A DNA stretch of 64,000 bases, from assembly GCA_977016875.1 (NCBI GenBank), contig CDRNST010000096.1:1860001-1924000 (forward strand). The letters are read 5' to 3'. The first letter of the stretch is position 1. Every line of letters starts with the position of its first letter. The notes under the pieces are model-generated. The model did no database searches. It worked only from the letters and a program-made list of their open reading frames with translations, and was not told the DNA's origin. Shown piece after piece: positions 34,400-47,067 of the stretch. The position numbers were made by a program, and so were the translations under genes. The DNA comes from Pavona decussata (Eukaryota).

Positions 34400-35560
34400 G
34401 CAAAATTGTTCCAAGGAAGAAATGCTTAATAAAAGATGCATCAAATACAAAGGTTATCTGAAACATCAAAATTACAACACGGAACTAGTTGACAGGCAAT
34501 TTGAAAGAGCCCTTGAAATTGAGAGGTTGGAAATTCTGAAGAAAAAGGAGAAGACTAACAAAAAAGTCTTCCCTTTGGTATTACATTTCAATCCCTGGCT
34601 TCCAGATCCTGGCAAAATCATTAAGAAACATTTGCATATTCTCAAATCTTCGCCCCACCTCAGGGAGATATTTACACCCAAGTCTAGTTTTCCAGGTAAT
34701 TATTCCAACAGCGACAAGTCAGAAAATGGCTGTTTCAAATGTGGAAAGAAATGTGATCTTTGCACAAACTTTCTTATTGAGGCTCCTAGTTTTAAGAGTT
34801 TCGCCACGGGACGGGAATACCATTTAACCCAGATAGTAGGTTGCTCCTCTGAAAACGTGATATATTTGGCCCCTTGTAACAAGTGAAATCTCCAATATGT
34901 CGGCTCCACATCTACCGCTTTTAAGATTAGATTCCGAAATCACAAATCACCTGTGAGCTTGCCATGCATTTCAATCGCACCGAGCATAGTATTTCCGATA
35001 TTAAGTTTATTGTTATCGATAAGATCATTAATTCTAGAAGCCCGTTACATTTAGAACAATTGCTGCTCAGCAGGGAAGCTTATTGGACGGCACAGCTTTT
35101 CACCTTGTATCCACATGGCCTAAACAAAAGGCGTGAATTTAAATCCAACAAAAGAATCCACTATAGCAACTGATTCACCATGGCATGTGCGTTTGGACTA
35201 TTACAGCTACTGTTAATTATCATGATTCTTGTTAGTTAGTTAATATTCATCCATTTCTATTGTTTACCTTCATTATTTTAGTTGCGATTACGCAACCCTA
35301 GCCTCACTAACTTTTGCGTTAGTAAACACCTTTTCCTTAAGTTAGTCCTTAGGCTTTGTTGTCTTACGTAATCGGACTTACACGTGTCATCTAGGGAATA
35401 CTACTGTTGTATATATGCAGCTTCCACAAGCCCTTTTGATTCGTTTTTAATTTTTATCCTGTAAATAACTATTTTTAGCCTGAAGAAGGCTGAACGGCCG
35501 AAACGTCGTTTTGATTAAACCCATCTGGACCAGTCAGAAGTTGGCCTATACGTTTTTACC
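34400..35560 (+). mobile_element. Penelope-like element (Neptune-type) 3' fragment with GIY-YIG endonuclease
   Basis: FPLVLHFNP; Cys linker GCFKCGKKCDLC; NVIYLAPCNK*NLQYVGST..IRFRNHKS; REAYWTAQLFTLYPHGLNKR; hammerhead in the 3' pLTR. Confidence 0.9.
35477..35510 (+). ncRNA. Minimal type I hammerhead ribozyme (PLE pLTR)
   Basis: AGC-CTGAAGA-A-GGC-TGAACG-GCC-GAAA-CGTC-GTT. Confidence 0.75.
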
Positions 35561-36729
35561 CGTTTATTTAAAAGCTGAATCACCGGCGGCAAATGACTTA
35601 CTATAGACCTTCAGGGGAACCATATTTGAATACATACATTGAAATGTTTAGACGAAATTACCGACAGAACAGTACATAATCGTCGTTTTCAATGCAACAA
35701 TCTTAGTAAGCGTGAACGATTAGCTTTGGAGAGACTAAGTAACAATAGAGACATAATTATAAAACCCGCAGACAAGGGCAGAGCTACTGTTATTCTCAAC
35801 CGACTACCGACAGGAGGCGAAACACCAACTAGATAATGACACGTATAACAAGAGGATAGAAGAAGATTGCACTTCGGGACATGAACAAGCAATTAACCAT
35901 TGCATAGACGATCTCGTGAGGAACGGAAAAACACAACATGACGTAGCAAAACTTTTAAAACCTGCACAATCTAGAACCCAAATATTCTACATGCTCCCTA
36001 AAATACATAAAATCAATAACCCTGGCAGACCAGCTATCTCCTCTGTTAACGGCCACACGGAGAAGATATCAGCTTATGTGGATCAATATTCAAAACCTAT
36101 AGCAGAACGATTACCTTCCTATATTCGTGACACAACAGACTTCATTCAAACGATCAAAGTCTTGGGAAAACTACCCGTAGTGACTTACAGACGCCCAATG
36201 AGTCTTCCTGAAAGACTGGTCAGTACTAAATTCAAGACAGTTAATAACACTCTTGCACCAAGAGGCTGCGAAGCATGCGGAAAACCGAAGTGTAGCTGGT
36301 GCAAAGGAATTAACAAAACCACCACATTTACAGGCAGCAATGTAAACAAGACCTTCAAAATATTCCACTCTGTAAACTGCCAGTCTTCATGGGTTATATA
36401 CATCATTGAGTGTAACATCTGCAATCTCCAGTACATGGGCAAGAGCGAAACAGCGTTCAATCTTAGCCTAAACAACCACAGAAACCATAACAAAAAGGGA
36501 ATCAGTAATTGTGAACTTACGGAACACTTTCTACACACAACACACAACACACAACTTTGACAATATCGCAATTATTACAATAATAGAACAGATCAGGAAA
36601 GATAATATAAGCAACAAACAGAAAAAAGATCTCCTTAGACACCGGGAGATATTCTGGCAAAAGAAACAGAACTCAATGCAGCCAAATGGACTTAACAAAC
36701 GAATTGGCTAACCATTTAATATACTTGCA

Positions 36730-37660
36730 GTGATCTTTGCAAAGTTCTGGGTACAAAAATTGTTTTTGACATACGTTGTTGAAGCGCGCTGTAAAAATAA
36801 CTACCAGTTGTTCAATAATCACGGCTCCATTGTTCCAAGTGGAGTTAAAAAGTGGCAGGATAAATTCCCAGAAAAATTTGTTGACTGGTCAAATAAGTTT
36901 CAAGATATATACCCCTTTACTAAGGATAACAAACTCCGTCAATTTTGTTTTCTGCATAGAATAACTGTAACACGGAGAGAACTCAAACTATTTCATTTAG
37001 CGGATAACGATAAATGTATATATTGCTCTAGTGCTGATTCAATAGAACACACCTTTATTGATTGCAGGGAGTCTGTAAAACTTTACACGCAAATTATATC
37101 ATGGTTCAACCAGTACCAAGGTACTACAATAACACTCTCGAACAAACAAATTGTCTTTCGTGATATACATCATGTAACTGATGCGCTCTCGGACCCCGAA
37201 AGACGCAGGCTAGATTTACTCATCATCTTGGTCAAACAATATATCTACTCCTCTAAACACCTTCAGAAAGAATTGTCTTAAGATGAACTTGTAAACAAAC
37301 TTACTATTCAATGGACATTAGAAAAATGTGCTTAAATGGAATTTCTGCTCTCAATCAAAATGAATGATGTGATGCTTTTTTTTTTCTTAACTCACATATG
37401 TAAGCTAATGCAGAGGCTCGATTTTGTAGTTTTTTTTCTGTTTAACTTCTCTCTTTTGTTATCTTAATAATTTTTTCTTCTTTTCTTTCCTCTTTCTCGA
37501 TTACTCAGTTGTCTTTTTTTTTCTCTTTTAACTGGACAGAAAGGTACTTTGGAAAATTCAAATACTGTATATGGTGTAAGTAATTTATATAAGTGTAAGC
37601 AACCTACGTGTATTTGCGTATTTAAATAAAGCGTGTTAATTAGAAAAAAAGAAAAAGAAA
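36730..37660 (+). mobile_element. L1/Tx1 ORF2 3' fragment (zf-RVT) with A-rich tail
   Basis: TKDNKLRQF..LHRITVT..KCIYCSSADSIEHTFIDC; AATAAA followed by an A-rich tail at ~37626-37660. Confidence 0.85.
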
Positions 37661-37795
37661 TACGTTGTAAGGCTCACCAATTACCGCAAATTCGTAATTG
37701 ATGCGCATACAAATAATGCTATATAATTAAGAAATTTACGGATGCAATTACCTTTAACACGTAATATAATTAACTGTAATACAGAACGCAGTTTA

Positions 37796-37833
37796 GACCG
37801 CTGAAGAAGGCGTAAGCCGAACCGCATTGGGTC
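37796..37833 (+). ncRNA. Degenerate hammerhead ribozyme (PLE pLTR)
   Basis: GACC-G-CTGAAGA-A-GGC-GTAA-GCC-GAAC..GGTC; the core GAAA is mutated to GAAC. Confidence 0.55.
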
Positions 37834-38015
37834 AATAAAGGTTTCAATGACAGATGTAGTCCATTCTCCTTTGTTCAAAGTATATAGATATATATATATA
37901 TAACTATCAGTAGATAAACTGAAGACTTCATCTGCTTTAAAAGTGCTCAATGGTAAAACCAGAGCTGTGAATAAAAGATGAACTTTTGGAGTCGGACTAG
38001 TTCAAACACATTTAA

Positions 38016-38061
38016 TTGCTACTCGGAGTTTCATGCTTCTAGCGAGGCAATCATCAGGCAA
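38016..38061 (-). ncRNA. Type I hammerhead ribozyme, probably the pLTR of a minus-strand PLE
   Basis: Minus strand TTGC-CTGATGA-T-TGC-CTCGCTAGAA-GCA-T-GAAA-CTC-C-GAG-TA-GCAA, with the core intact. Confidence 0.75.
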
Positions 38062-38648
38062 CTGACAACAATAACGGTTACATGAAAAGATATACAAATT
38101 TGAAAATAGGGAACAATGCTTGCTTGCGTGATGTGTCAAGATTCTATTGGCGGCAAAACTGAGTGCAATTTAAAACGATCGGGTAAACTAAGAAGAAGAG
38201 AAGGCGTCGGTATAATTATTGTTATAGGCATTCTCCGGCTGCAGGACAAATGAAGTAGTTTAAATTAAATCGCTATTAAGTCAAGAGAGAATATATTGTA
38301 TTTGATAAGCTTTGCTGATTTTCAATGAAAATGGCACCTAAAAATCCATCATCCGAATTAAAATTCTCACCACCATTTTCGGTCTTTTTACTCTTATTGT
38401 TACTTTTTCTAAACACTTGGAGAAAGATTACGGCACAGACCCATACATTAATTGTACACCCTAACAGTCTATCTAATTATATTACAGTAACACTCTTCTT
38501 GAACCAGCGAGCATAAAAAACGTTTGAGTAGCCAAATGCCTAACTTAAACCTTTCCAAATATAACAGTAATTATTTGTAGTCTACTGAGCCACAAAACTA
38601 CATTAATTGTCACCCATCATCTTTTAAATTTTACGTGCTTTGTTACAG

Positions 38649-39423
38649 GAAAGCAAGATTCATCAAAGTTACGATAAGCCACCGGAAGTACCCACATTTA
38701 CAGAGAGTCGACCAAAAAGGCAGAAAACATATCGTCTCATCGACTTCTTCATGTGGAGACATTTGTCCAGCTGGCCGAGGCATTTTCGACCGTCATGACC
38801 CGGCCCCAACAGGCTGAATCATGCTGATCATGCTGCGACAAAAGAGAAGCCAACAAATGTAAGCTATTACTGTATCAACAGAGATTGCATAGTAACAATA
38901 ATTAGAAAGGTAGCTTACAAGTGGGTTCTTATTTTACCAAAAAAAAAGACATGCCATCGCACACGAGAATTGCTATCCACGAGCGTTTTGACGTGCAACC
39001 CAGAAGTTGCTAGGAATTTGTATTTGATTGATGGATTATTTTCTTTCTTGGGCGTCATTTTCTTTGCAGGTTGACCGTGTCTCTTAAAGGAAATTAATGC
39101 TCTGTTACTTCTCTTGACACAGCAAAAAAATGATAGGTGGCCCCTTACAGTCTTAATACTTAATTTCACACGTGGCGTGCAATGTTTTATTCGCTTAGAA
39201 TTAGGAAACTGTATTGCAAAGAATCGGAGGGAGTCTCCAGGTAAAGGCAATGATTAGATAATTGAGTTGTCTAATTCTTTCCTCTTTCCTTTTACAGTTA
39301 CGATCTGTTATTTTGAGACAATTGAAGGAGCTGGGGGAGCTACTGACGGATGGAATTCTGACACAACAGGAATTTGATGAGCAGAAATATATTTTACTCA
39401 AAAAACTGAGAAATATTAAATAA
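38649..39423 (+). pseudogene. Spliced small protein ending in a SHOCT-like domain
   Basis: Exon with HQSYDKPPEVPTF; last exon 39298-39423 reads LRQLKELGELLTDGILTQQEFDEQKYILL. Confidence 0.6.
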
Positions 39424-39505
39424 TATTTTTACATAAGTGTAAAATGTATTGCAACACAGAAATACACAACTGTAAAACTGTATTTAACATGTCAGAAATA
39501 AAACT

Positions 39506-40560
39506 TTAGTAGCCACAATGCGTTACAGATGCCTGGCAAACTTCTTGAGCCATGTACAGAATAGCTAGCAATACGAGAACTTGCGGTCTCTTTGAACGAG
39601 AAAACAGTACTTCTTGCTCACGGATTTTAGCTTTAGCGTTGCCTATGATTGTTTCCACTGAATTTTTAAGTCTGGCTAATAGGGGGGTAGGAATCGTAAG
39701 AGGGCGCCAGTTGCAGTTATAAGTCTTCAAACTTCGACCAAGCGATGAAGGGGTTATTAAACTTTTCTCCATTTATCCTTTCTGCGGTTGTCTTGCACAG
39801 CTGGACACCGCGTTCACTAGCAACAATAATGGTTGATATCCTTGGTCCCCATGATGCTGCAATTGGTGCTCGAATTCTCCATCCACTGGGACCACGGCCC
39901 TAATTCCTCACAAGTCGTCTGTCCTGCAATTTCAGGCAATGCTATCTCGTTTGGAGAACTTAAAATTAGCTTAAATTTGTTAGACCAGTGATTCACTTAA
40001 TTATTTTGGAGCCTTGATTAAACCAATCAATGTATATTATGATTAACAACTTACAAATCCTGCCTCGTCAATAAACACCATTTGTTCTGAAGAGAAGATG
40101 GAAATGTTTTCCCAGACTTCTCGCACAAGAGCTGGTCTGATTCCCATAGCAAATCTTCTGAGCTAAAAAAAGCGTTGCACTCATCATTCCACTAAGACTA
40201 ATTAAACCTGTAATAAATAAACCACACAAAAAAAAGTTCCTACCTTCTTTCTAGTGAAGTGATGACGGTTAAGGCAATGCCATACTGATGATGAACTGAA
40301 CATATGGCCACTAATTCTCGCGATGTATTCCACCACCTCTCTTAAGTAGGAACCCTGATAACGAATAATGTACTCCATCAGCATCAATGACTCCGCTCGG
40401 GATAATGTGGACATGACATTCGGCCTTCCAATTCGAGAAGGTAGAACATTTCTGTGTCGTCGAAAACGCCGTAAAATGTTAAACACCGTTCTCTGTGTGC
40501 AAGGAAGTTGGTCCATCAGTCACATAGGGGAAGCACACACAGTTTTGGGATGCCCTGTAC
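39506..40560 (-). pseudogene. Intron-containing IS630/Tc1-like DDE transposase
   Basis: HTH region QRTVFNILRRFRRH..GRP..YLREVVEYI..SSVWHCLNRHHFTRKK|, then MVFIDEAGF| (first D), then FLPPY*PDL-NSVE..KAKIRE (E motif). GT-AG introns after TRKK and DEAGF. Confidence 0.75.
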
Positions 40561-42531
40561 TGAAGAGGTTCGCTACTCCTGTGAACAGCAAATTGAAGTT
40601 TTATTTGTACAGAGATTCCATCACTACCGTCCATTGACCTTCATGTCCAGTGTAGAATTTCAAAAAAGGCACTTTTGGGATATGACAATCTTTAATTAAT
40701 GTTCAATTTCTCTCAGGCAAATGGGACTGGCAAACTGAACTGGAAGGATGCAAGAGGTGTTTTGCCTTCTTGAAGCAGCTTGGCTTGACAGTGGTGGCCT
40801 TTATCTCAGACCGATACAGAGGTATAGCAAAGTGGATTCGAGAGTCCTTCGACATTTGGCATGTCTCAAAGTCCATCACCAAGAAGCTGCTCAAGGCCAA
40901 TAAAGAAAAAGGATGTGAAATTATAGCATGCTGGATTAAAGGGACCCGAAAACATCTTTACTGGTGTGCCACCTCCACAAAACCAGGATTTGGTTCACTT
41001 ATCGTTGCCAAGTGGAGCTCTTTTTTACGCCATGTAGCAAACAAGCATTCAGACCACCCAAATCCTTTGTACACAAATGATAACCATTGAGAGCCAGAGA
41101 AAAGGAAGTAGATACAAATTGGTAAGAAGCCATAAAACATTGGGAAAGGGCTTGAACTTACTCACAGGATCTCCAATAACTATTACTGATTATTAGATGC
41201 ATACTTGTTTAGATGTGAACTGATCCTCAAATCAGAAGCTCTCACACATACCATATTTGGCTGAAAACCCAATAGCACTATTAAAGTTGCAATATTAAAT
41301 CAATACCTTAGCTGAAGGATCAGTGGGTAGTATGCCATGTAAAAACAATAATCACATCTGTAATAAATATCTTTAGTGCCTACATAAAATGTTCATAAAC
41401 TACAGTGGTGTGTTCACCTTGTGTAAGATAGTCCAAAAGCATTGTTATGTGACCTCCTCTGAAATGGCTTTTGCGTGATCTTTTATAGGAACAGCTGCCT
41501 ATGAAAAGCTACATGGTTTGTTAATCAACAAAACACTTACAAATGACATCAAGCAGTATCCTCAGAAGCCCAGACAAGTTGCCTGGAAGGTTTCCACGCC
41601 ACACTGAACCACTGGCATCCCAAAATGATTTGTTTTTCGTGGTTAGGAACATTTTGCAGGTAAAATGGAATTATTTCATGTTTTGACTATGATAATTTGC
41701 CTTACTTGTTTCTTTTCATTTGAGTTGAGTGTCTGTGAACTAGTTCTTAACAAAAACAATGTCACTAGTCTGCATATCAAGGAGAAAATGAACCTCCCTT
41801 TGTGGTGAGAGTCAGTTACCAATCTGTTGCAGTTTAATTTGTTTCTGATTTTAAAAAAAGTCAAACCATTTTCACTCTTGTATGCCATTGTCTTACGTTC
41901 TTCAACATAATCTGCAACAATCTTAAAAAAAATAATTTTAAACCAATAATAAATTTAAGCCACAACTTATCTATCACAGTACATTCAATGCAAATGAAAG
42001 TATGTTTTAATTCTAGTGTTTCTCTTGTTTTGTATAGGCATGCTTTAGCAAGCCTCCATTTTAATGAAAATGTACAGAGGGAGACGCAGATTGGAAAAAA
42101 TGGTGCCCAGTATCTCAAAGTGTGCTATCCCAAATACAAACTTCGTGAGGACGTTGTTAGAGATGTCAAGACTCCCCCAACTTATGGTATGACACTTTGC
42201 AGGTTCAGTTGTAAAACGTTCTACATACTGTGGCAAGTGAGATTGGCAAAAGAATGTTTAAATTATGTTTTTATTTAATTTCGGGTTATGTGGATGAAAT
42301 GAAAACATTGCTTTTTAGTTTGTCAGAGGCTGTGATGAAGGCAACCTATGCAAGATATGCTACAAAGGCTCCTCTGTCTCTGACCTCCCAGTTTCCAGAT
42401 AGGGTATCCAAACCACAAGCAGTAAAAACTTATGAAAAACAGAAACAGAAGAGTACTCAACTCTTCCCACCTGGTAAATAAAATAGAATTATTTAACATT
42501 CATTTCTCATTACAATTCTGAGCTTTTAAAA

Positions 42532-42683
42532 CGGCGAGAGCACTTGTCTCCAACCAATGTGGCCCAGGTTGGATTCTTGTCATATGAGTTGAGTTTGTTT
42601 TTGGTTCTATTCTCTGCCGTGAGAGGTTTTTCTCTGGGTATTCCGGTTATCCCAACAGTTGCAAACTTCAATTTGATGTGGAA
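42532..42683 (+). mobile_element. tRNA-derived SINE (degenerate)
   Basis: GAGAGCACTTGTCTCCAACCAATGTGGCCCAGGTTGGATTC (B-box-like), followed by the body GAGAGGTTTTTCTCTGGGTATTCCGGTT. Confidence 0.65.
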
Positions 42684-42717
42684 CACACAGTCTTCTGATT
42701 TTTATTTTCCAGGTAAT

Positions 42718-42892
42718 TGTAGTCCTGGGAAGGGCTGTTGTTGATGACTGGCATTCATTTTTAGAGTGAAGCGGAAGTCACCTTCAGAGGTGACTTCCGC
42801 CCCGGTGGTTGAAATGTCAGTCATTAACAACAGTTGTTCTCAGGACTACTATCAACCGGACAATCAAACTTTATCAAGGAATGTTACTCCTG
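42718..42892. mobile_element. Old foldback remnant of Penelope pLTRs
   Basis: Inverted arms related to the 48-49 kb pLTR (GACTTCCGC..GAAATGTCAGTC..AACAG..TCTCAGGACTAC..ACTCCTG). Confidence 0.65.
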
Positions 42893-43374
42893 TAATCAAC
42901 ATTCTGATTTTCTCACATAGATAGTGAGAGTTATCAACATTCCTCAAAAACAATACTGACCCCATTGTGTATTCATCAATAATTTCATAACTTTGAGGAG
43001 ACCTGTTTACCCCATAAGTACGTCATGGAACCCAGTGCCTCGTGAGTTAATTGAAAGGGTGCCTGGAAAAAAGCCCCAAGTGACATCTGATCTCATGTCA
43101 AATTCTCTTTTCCTCAGAGAGAGAAGAACAAGGTAATTTGCTAGAAGAATTAAGTAGTCTGTCAGATGTCACTCACTTTTTTCCACACAACCTACCCTTT
43201 CAATTGAAAGTTTCTTTTCTTTTTTTGTTTTGTCTGTTTTAATGAGCTGTATGTAAGTGGTGGGCCCTTCACATGAAGTTAGGGGTCATTATATGTAAAA
43301 TAGCATACTGATAATTTTTGTCTTGATAGTGAGTGTCATTCACTTTGCACGTTCTTGTCTCTTTAAAGGAGAGG

Positions 43375-45523
43375 AACGATCTCAAAGTTGACGCCCCAAC
43401 GTGGAAGTAGGTAGATGATACTACCATCTCTCGAATCATACCCCGTGGCACCCTGGGTGACGAACAACATTACAACTTCACGCCGATTTAAGTGTGTCAT
43501 TCAGAAATGGGAAAAACCGCTGGATTTTGTAGCTTGAAGGCTCGTTTTTAGTCCTTTAGGCATTCACTTCGGAGCCACCGAAAACGTGTTGAATAAGTTT
43601 GGTTTCATTCGTTTGGAAAAAGGTGAGATCTTTTGGATGAGGACCTAAAGCGACTTCGAAGGAATGGAACAATAGCGCAATTATGCGACCACAAGCGGCA
43701 GAGTTTATTATCGTATCCTTTTGTTCTTGATGTGTGAATAAACTGCATAGAACGACTTGGGACTTTACATGCATTTAGTCTTTTTCGCAAAACATTTCCA
43801 AGTTCGATATGTATTTATGAAAATAGAGCATTTTGAGAGCTTCAAAAAGAGATCTTGAACGAGGCTTTTTGGTCAATGTAGGCCGAAGTTCGATGTTTGT
43901 TTGTTGATCGGCAGTTCGAACTGCAAAGTTAATTTATGCGAAGCCATCTTCGTCCGAAGCGTATGTGAATTCCCGAAGGTACATGTATTATTGCAGAGAG
44001 TCCTGAACGAAATTTCATCCCGAAAACGTTTCTTTTTTATTTGTATTTTTTTTTGAACGAGAAGGTCGATTTGACGGCTGTAAAATGTGGTCTGAATGAG
44101 TTTCTGTGGTCGAGATTTCTCAACGATGCGCCGTCTGACAGTTCCGCAGCTGACTGCTCCTTCTCGTTTAGATTTTGAATTATTGAAGTTATTCCCTACA
44201 AAGTAAAAAAGTTGTTTGGTGAATTTCACTTTCTTCTTTAAATAAATCAAATGAGGCCTGGATTTTTTATATTACTGCAAACGCTGAGCATCCTGAGTTC
44301 TTGATATTCAGATATTAACAGCCGTGTTTACGTTTGATATTTGAGATCGTTCTGATAAGCGCGTGCTTGATCATAAGCATAAAATAAACTTTAAAAGTTT
44401 AGACATTATCAAAGAAAAGTTGCAGTCCGACAGCTTTAAAAAGTTTTTTTTGTGAATCGAACTGAGCTATTGTTCGTTCTCAGATAATAAACAAAAGGAA
44501 ATTGTCACACATTTCCTCAAAGGGCCTTCCGATTTCTATAGTTGTCTTACATTCCCGAGTGACATCCGACGTGAACACCGATGAATCGGCAATGAGTCTA
44601 AACAATAGCATGAATATATGAATACGTGGGTACACACTTAAATCGACGTGAAGTTGTCATGAAGGCATTGTTACTGCGGTGGACACCTGGTCCCAATCCC
44701 AGCTGATGCAACTCAGTGCTAACAAGTGCAAAGAGTTAATTATTGACTTTAAGGAAAATCATCATAATTTTTCTCCACTTGTAGTAGATAGCAAAGCCCT
44801 TCCCATCATCAATTGCGCCAAAATCCTAGGTGTTACCATATCTAGTGACCTCAAATGGAACAATCACATCGTAGATTGCCATAAGAAGACAAACAAGCGG
44901 ATATATTTCATTGTTCTCCTGAAAAGGGCTCGTGTACCCTGTAATGACATTGTTAATTTCTATTGTACAACAATCAGATCTGTTCTAGAATATTGCGCTC
45001 CCCTCTTCCATCACACGCTTCCTGCTTATCTCAGTGAGGATATGGAGAGAATACAGAAAAGAGTTCTTTCCATAATTCTCCCAGATATGTCATATCAGGA
45101 CTGCTTGGACAGCCTAGGCCTGTCAACGCTAAAAGAGAGACGCAATGAACTATCTAAACGACTCTTTGATTCAATCGCCAACAACTCGGGGCATAAACTA
45201 CACAACTTACTGCCTCCAAGAAATTAACAAAGCTACTGCCTGCGACAACAGAGAACATATAATCTACCACACTCGCGCACAGACTGCTTTAGACAATCCT
45301 TTGTGTATGCAATGTCAAAAGCTGCCTAGCAACAAACAACGCGTAGTACATAGCTAGTAACTATACATATTTTAATCTCATTAGATACTTATATTTTTAT
45401 ATCACGTACATATGATTGTAATTAGTTTTAACATTTACCTATTTATATATTTCTCGGTAAAATACGCAATTCAGTCTAATGACTGCGATGTATTTGTGAA
45501 TAAACAGTCTATTCTATTCTATT
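43375..45523 (+). mobile_element. 5'-truncated CR1/L2-group LINE interrupted by a TIR element
   Basis: WK*VDDTTI (YVDD with a stop), KILGVTISSDLKWNNH and TTIRSVLEYCAPLFH; ends in AATAAA plus (CTATT)n. Confidence 0.9.
43468..44661. mobile_element. Non-autonomous TIR element with a 2-bp TSD (CACTA/EnSpm-like)
   Basis: 30-bp TIRs CATTACAACTTCACGCCGATTTAAGTGTGT and ACACACTTAAATCGACGTGAAGTTGTCATG. Removing the element and one AA restores the LINE frame (GDEQ|GIVTAVDTW). Confidence 0.85.
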
Positions 45524-45855
45524 CATTCTTTTCAAACAAACTGCCCCACAGACTGAACAAGATAGTCACACTATCGCCTCTACAGCCTTGAGGAAAACGC
45601 CCAGAACTTGTCGTACTTGCAAACAACCAATGCGTGGTCATTCCAGGACAAAATGTCATGAGGATGCAGAAACACATTAATCGTTGCGTAGAATTCCCAG
45701 TCAAGAGCAGTAAACCAAAAAATTCCCGTGGGAATAAGGGGTAATGGCACGCTGTCGCCGTTTTCTTTCATCTGATTGGTTAAAGCGTTTGCGAGTGTTC
45801 GAGTAGTGTACGTAAAGCTCATTTTTAAGGTTACACTAGTTATTCTCGTGCAAAA

Positions 45856-47067
45856 ATGGCTCGGGGAAAGAGAAGTTTAAAGTTTTACTCTCATTTAAAC
45901 AAGTTTTCTACCGCTGACGTTTACGAAGTTCCGCAGAAAAAAAAAGCGAAGCTCCCAAGCGATCGGAGTGTATAAAGAGGAGCGGTTGATGGCCATGAAG
46001 AAACAAAAGGTAAGCTTAAGATTGTCGATCAATCACAGAATTTAAGTTAAGTGGTCATGTTGTGAATTTCCTTTGATTTAAATCTAAAGAAGCCATGGCT
46101 TTTCATTTGGTTCGTTGTTTTTTCTATTGTAGTCTGAAGAACCCATTTACCTTGTCAAGTGGCTTGATTGGAGTTCCGAGCACTCCACGTGGGAGCCCGA
46201 ATCCAACATTTTTGACAGAAACCTCTAGCGGTAGGCATGCTTTTGCATTATTAATACTGGCAATTCACGAGAAAAGTATTTTTGAGATATTATTTCAAGG
46301 AGGTTCGTTTATTTAATATACAACTGTTTACATCACAATACATTTTGTTTCCCTGCCTTCGCCGGTGATGGTCGGAGTTACTTGTACAAATGCAAATTCT
46401 CCTGAGACATTTCCCTTAAAGCTTCCAGGCTGGTTGGGAGAGTTGAATTGTGTAGAAAAGCTTTTAACCACGAAATTTATTCAGCATTCTTGAAGATAAT
46501 GTGGAAGGAACATCAATTTTTCCCTTCTTTAGATTTCACCTTACAAGCTTTCTCCAGTTACAAAATTATAGACAAGAACTTTTGTCTTAAATATTCTGTC
46601 ATAATAAGCTTAAATGTATTTCAGTTTTACCTCGAGGTAAACATGATCAGGCTCTGTGCTCTGTTTTTGTTCATAGACGCTTCAGGAATCCAAGGCCAAT
46701 TAATGAGATAATGGAGGAGCACTTGCAGAGATTGTCTACTACTATTTCCAGTGGATTATGTGAGCCTCTCGCCACCAAATCGATTATAGAAATGAGGCAT
46801 GATGTCCTTCCAAGGGTAATCCAAAAGAAGTTATTCCTTAACACCAAAATATGGCTCGAGAAAAGTAATTTCCATCCTACTTACTTTCCCAGAGGCTGGA
46901 GCACTGCATTTGTTACAAAGAGAGGTGACCAGCGTTCAATTCTCTTTCCCATTGCTGTGCGTTTGTTCCTTGCCCGCTCTAGTAAATTATATTGTGCAGA
47001 GGGCAAGGAACTACCACGGAAAAGGATTGAGAAGTTGTCCATTTCATTTGTTAAACGATCACATTGA
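45856..47067 (+). pseudogene. Three-exon chromodomain protein with an unknown C-terminal domain
   Basis: Exons 45856-46009, 46133-46230 and 46677-47067 (GT-AG, phases compatible). GVYKEERLMAMKKQK|SEEPIYLVKWLDWSSEHSTWEPESNI. One frameshift and one stop. Confidence 0.8.

Larger units (their letters stand above)
35620..37870 (+). mobile_element. Second Penelope-like element, internally deleted and interrupted by an L1/Tx1 fragment
   Basis: NNLSKRERLAL..IIIKPADKG; FYMLPKIHK..PGRPAIS..SYIRDTTDF fused to YRRPMSL..CEACGKPKCSWC..VIYIIECNICNLQYMGKSE; REIFWQ..PNGLNKR. Confidence 0.9.
40717..45680 (+). pseudogene. Spliced Kolobok-like DDE transposase with nested insertions
   Basis: ELEGCKRC..FISDRYRGIAKWIRE..FDIWHVSKSITKKL..HLYWCA; QTSCLEGFHATLNHWHPKM; LASLHFNEN; probable last exon RTCRTCKQPMRGH at 45540-45680. 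Confidence 0.75.
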
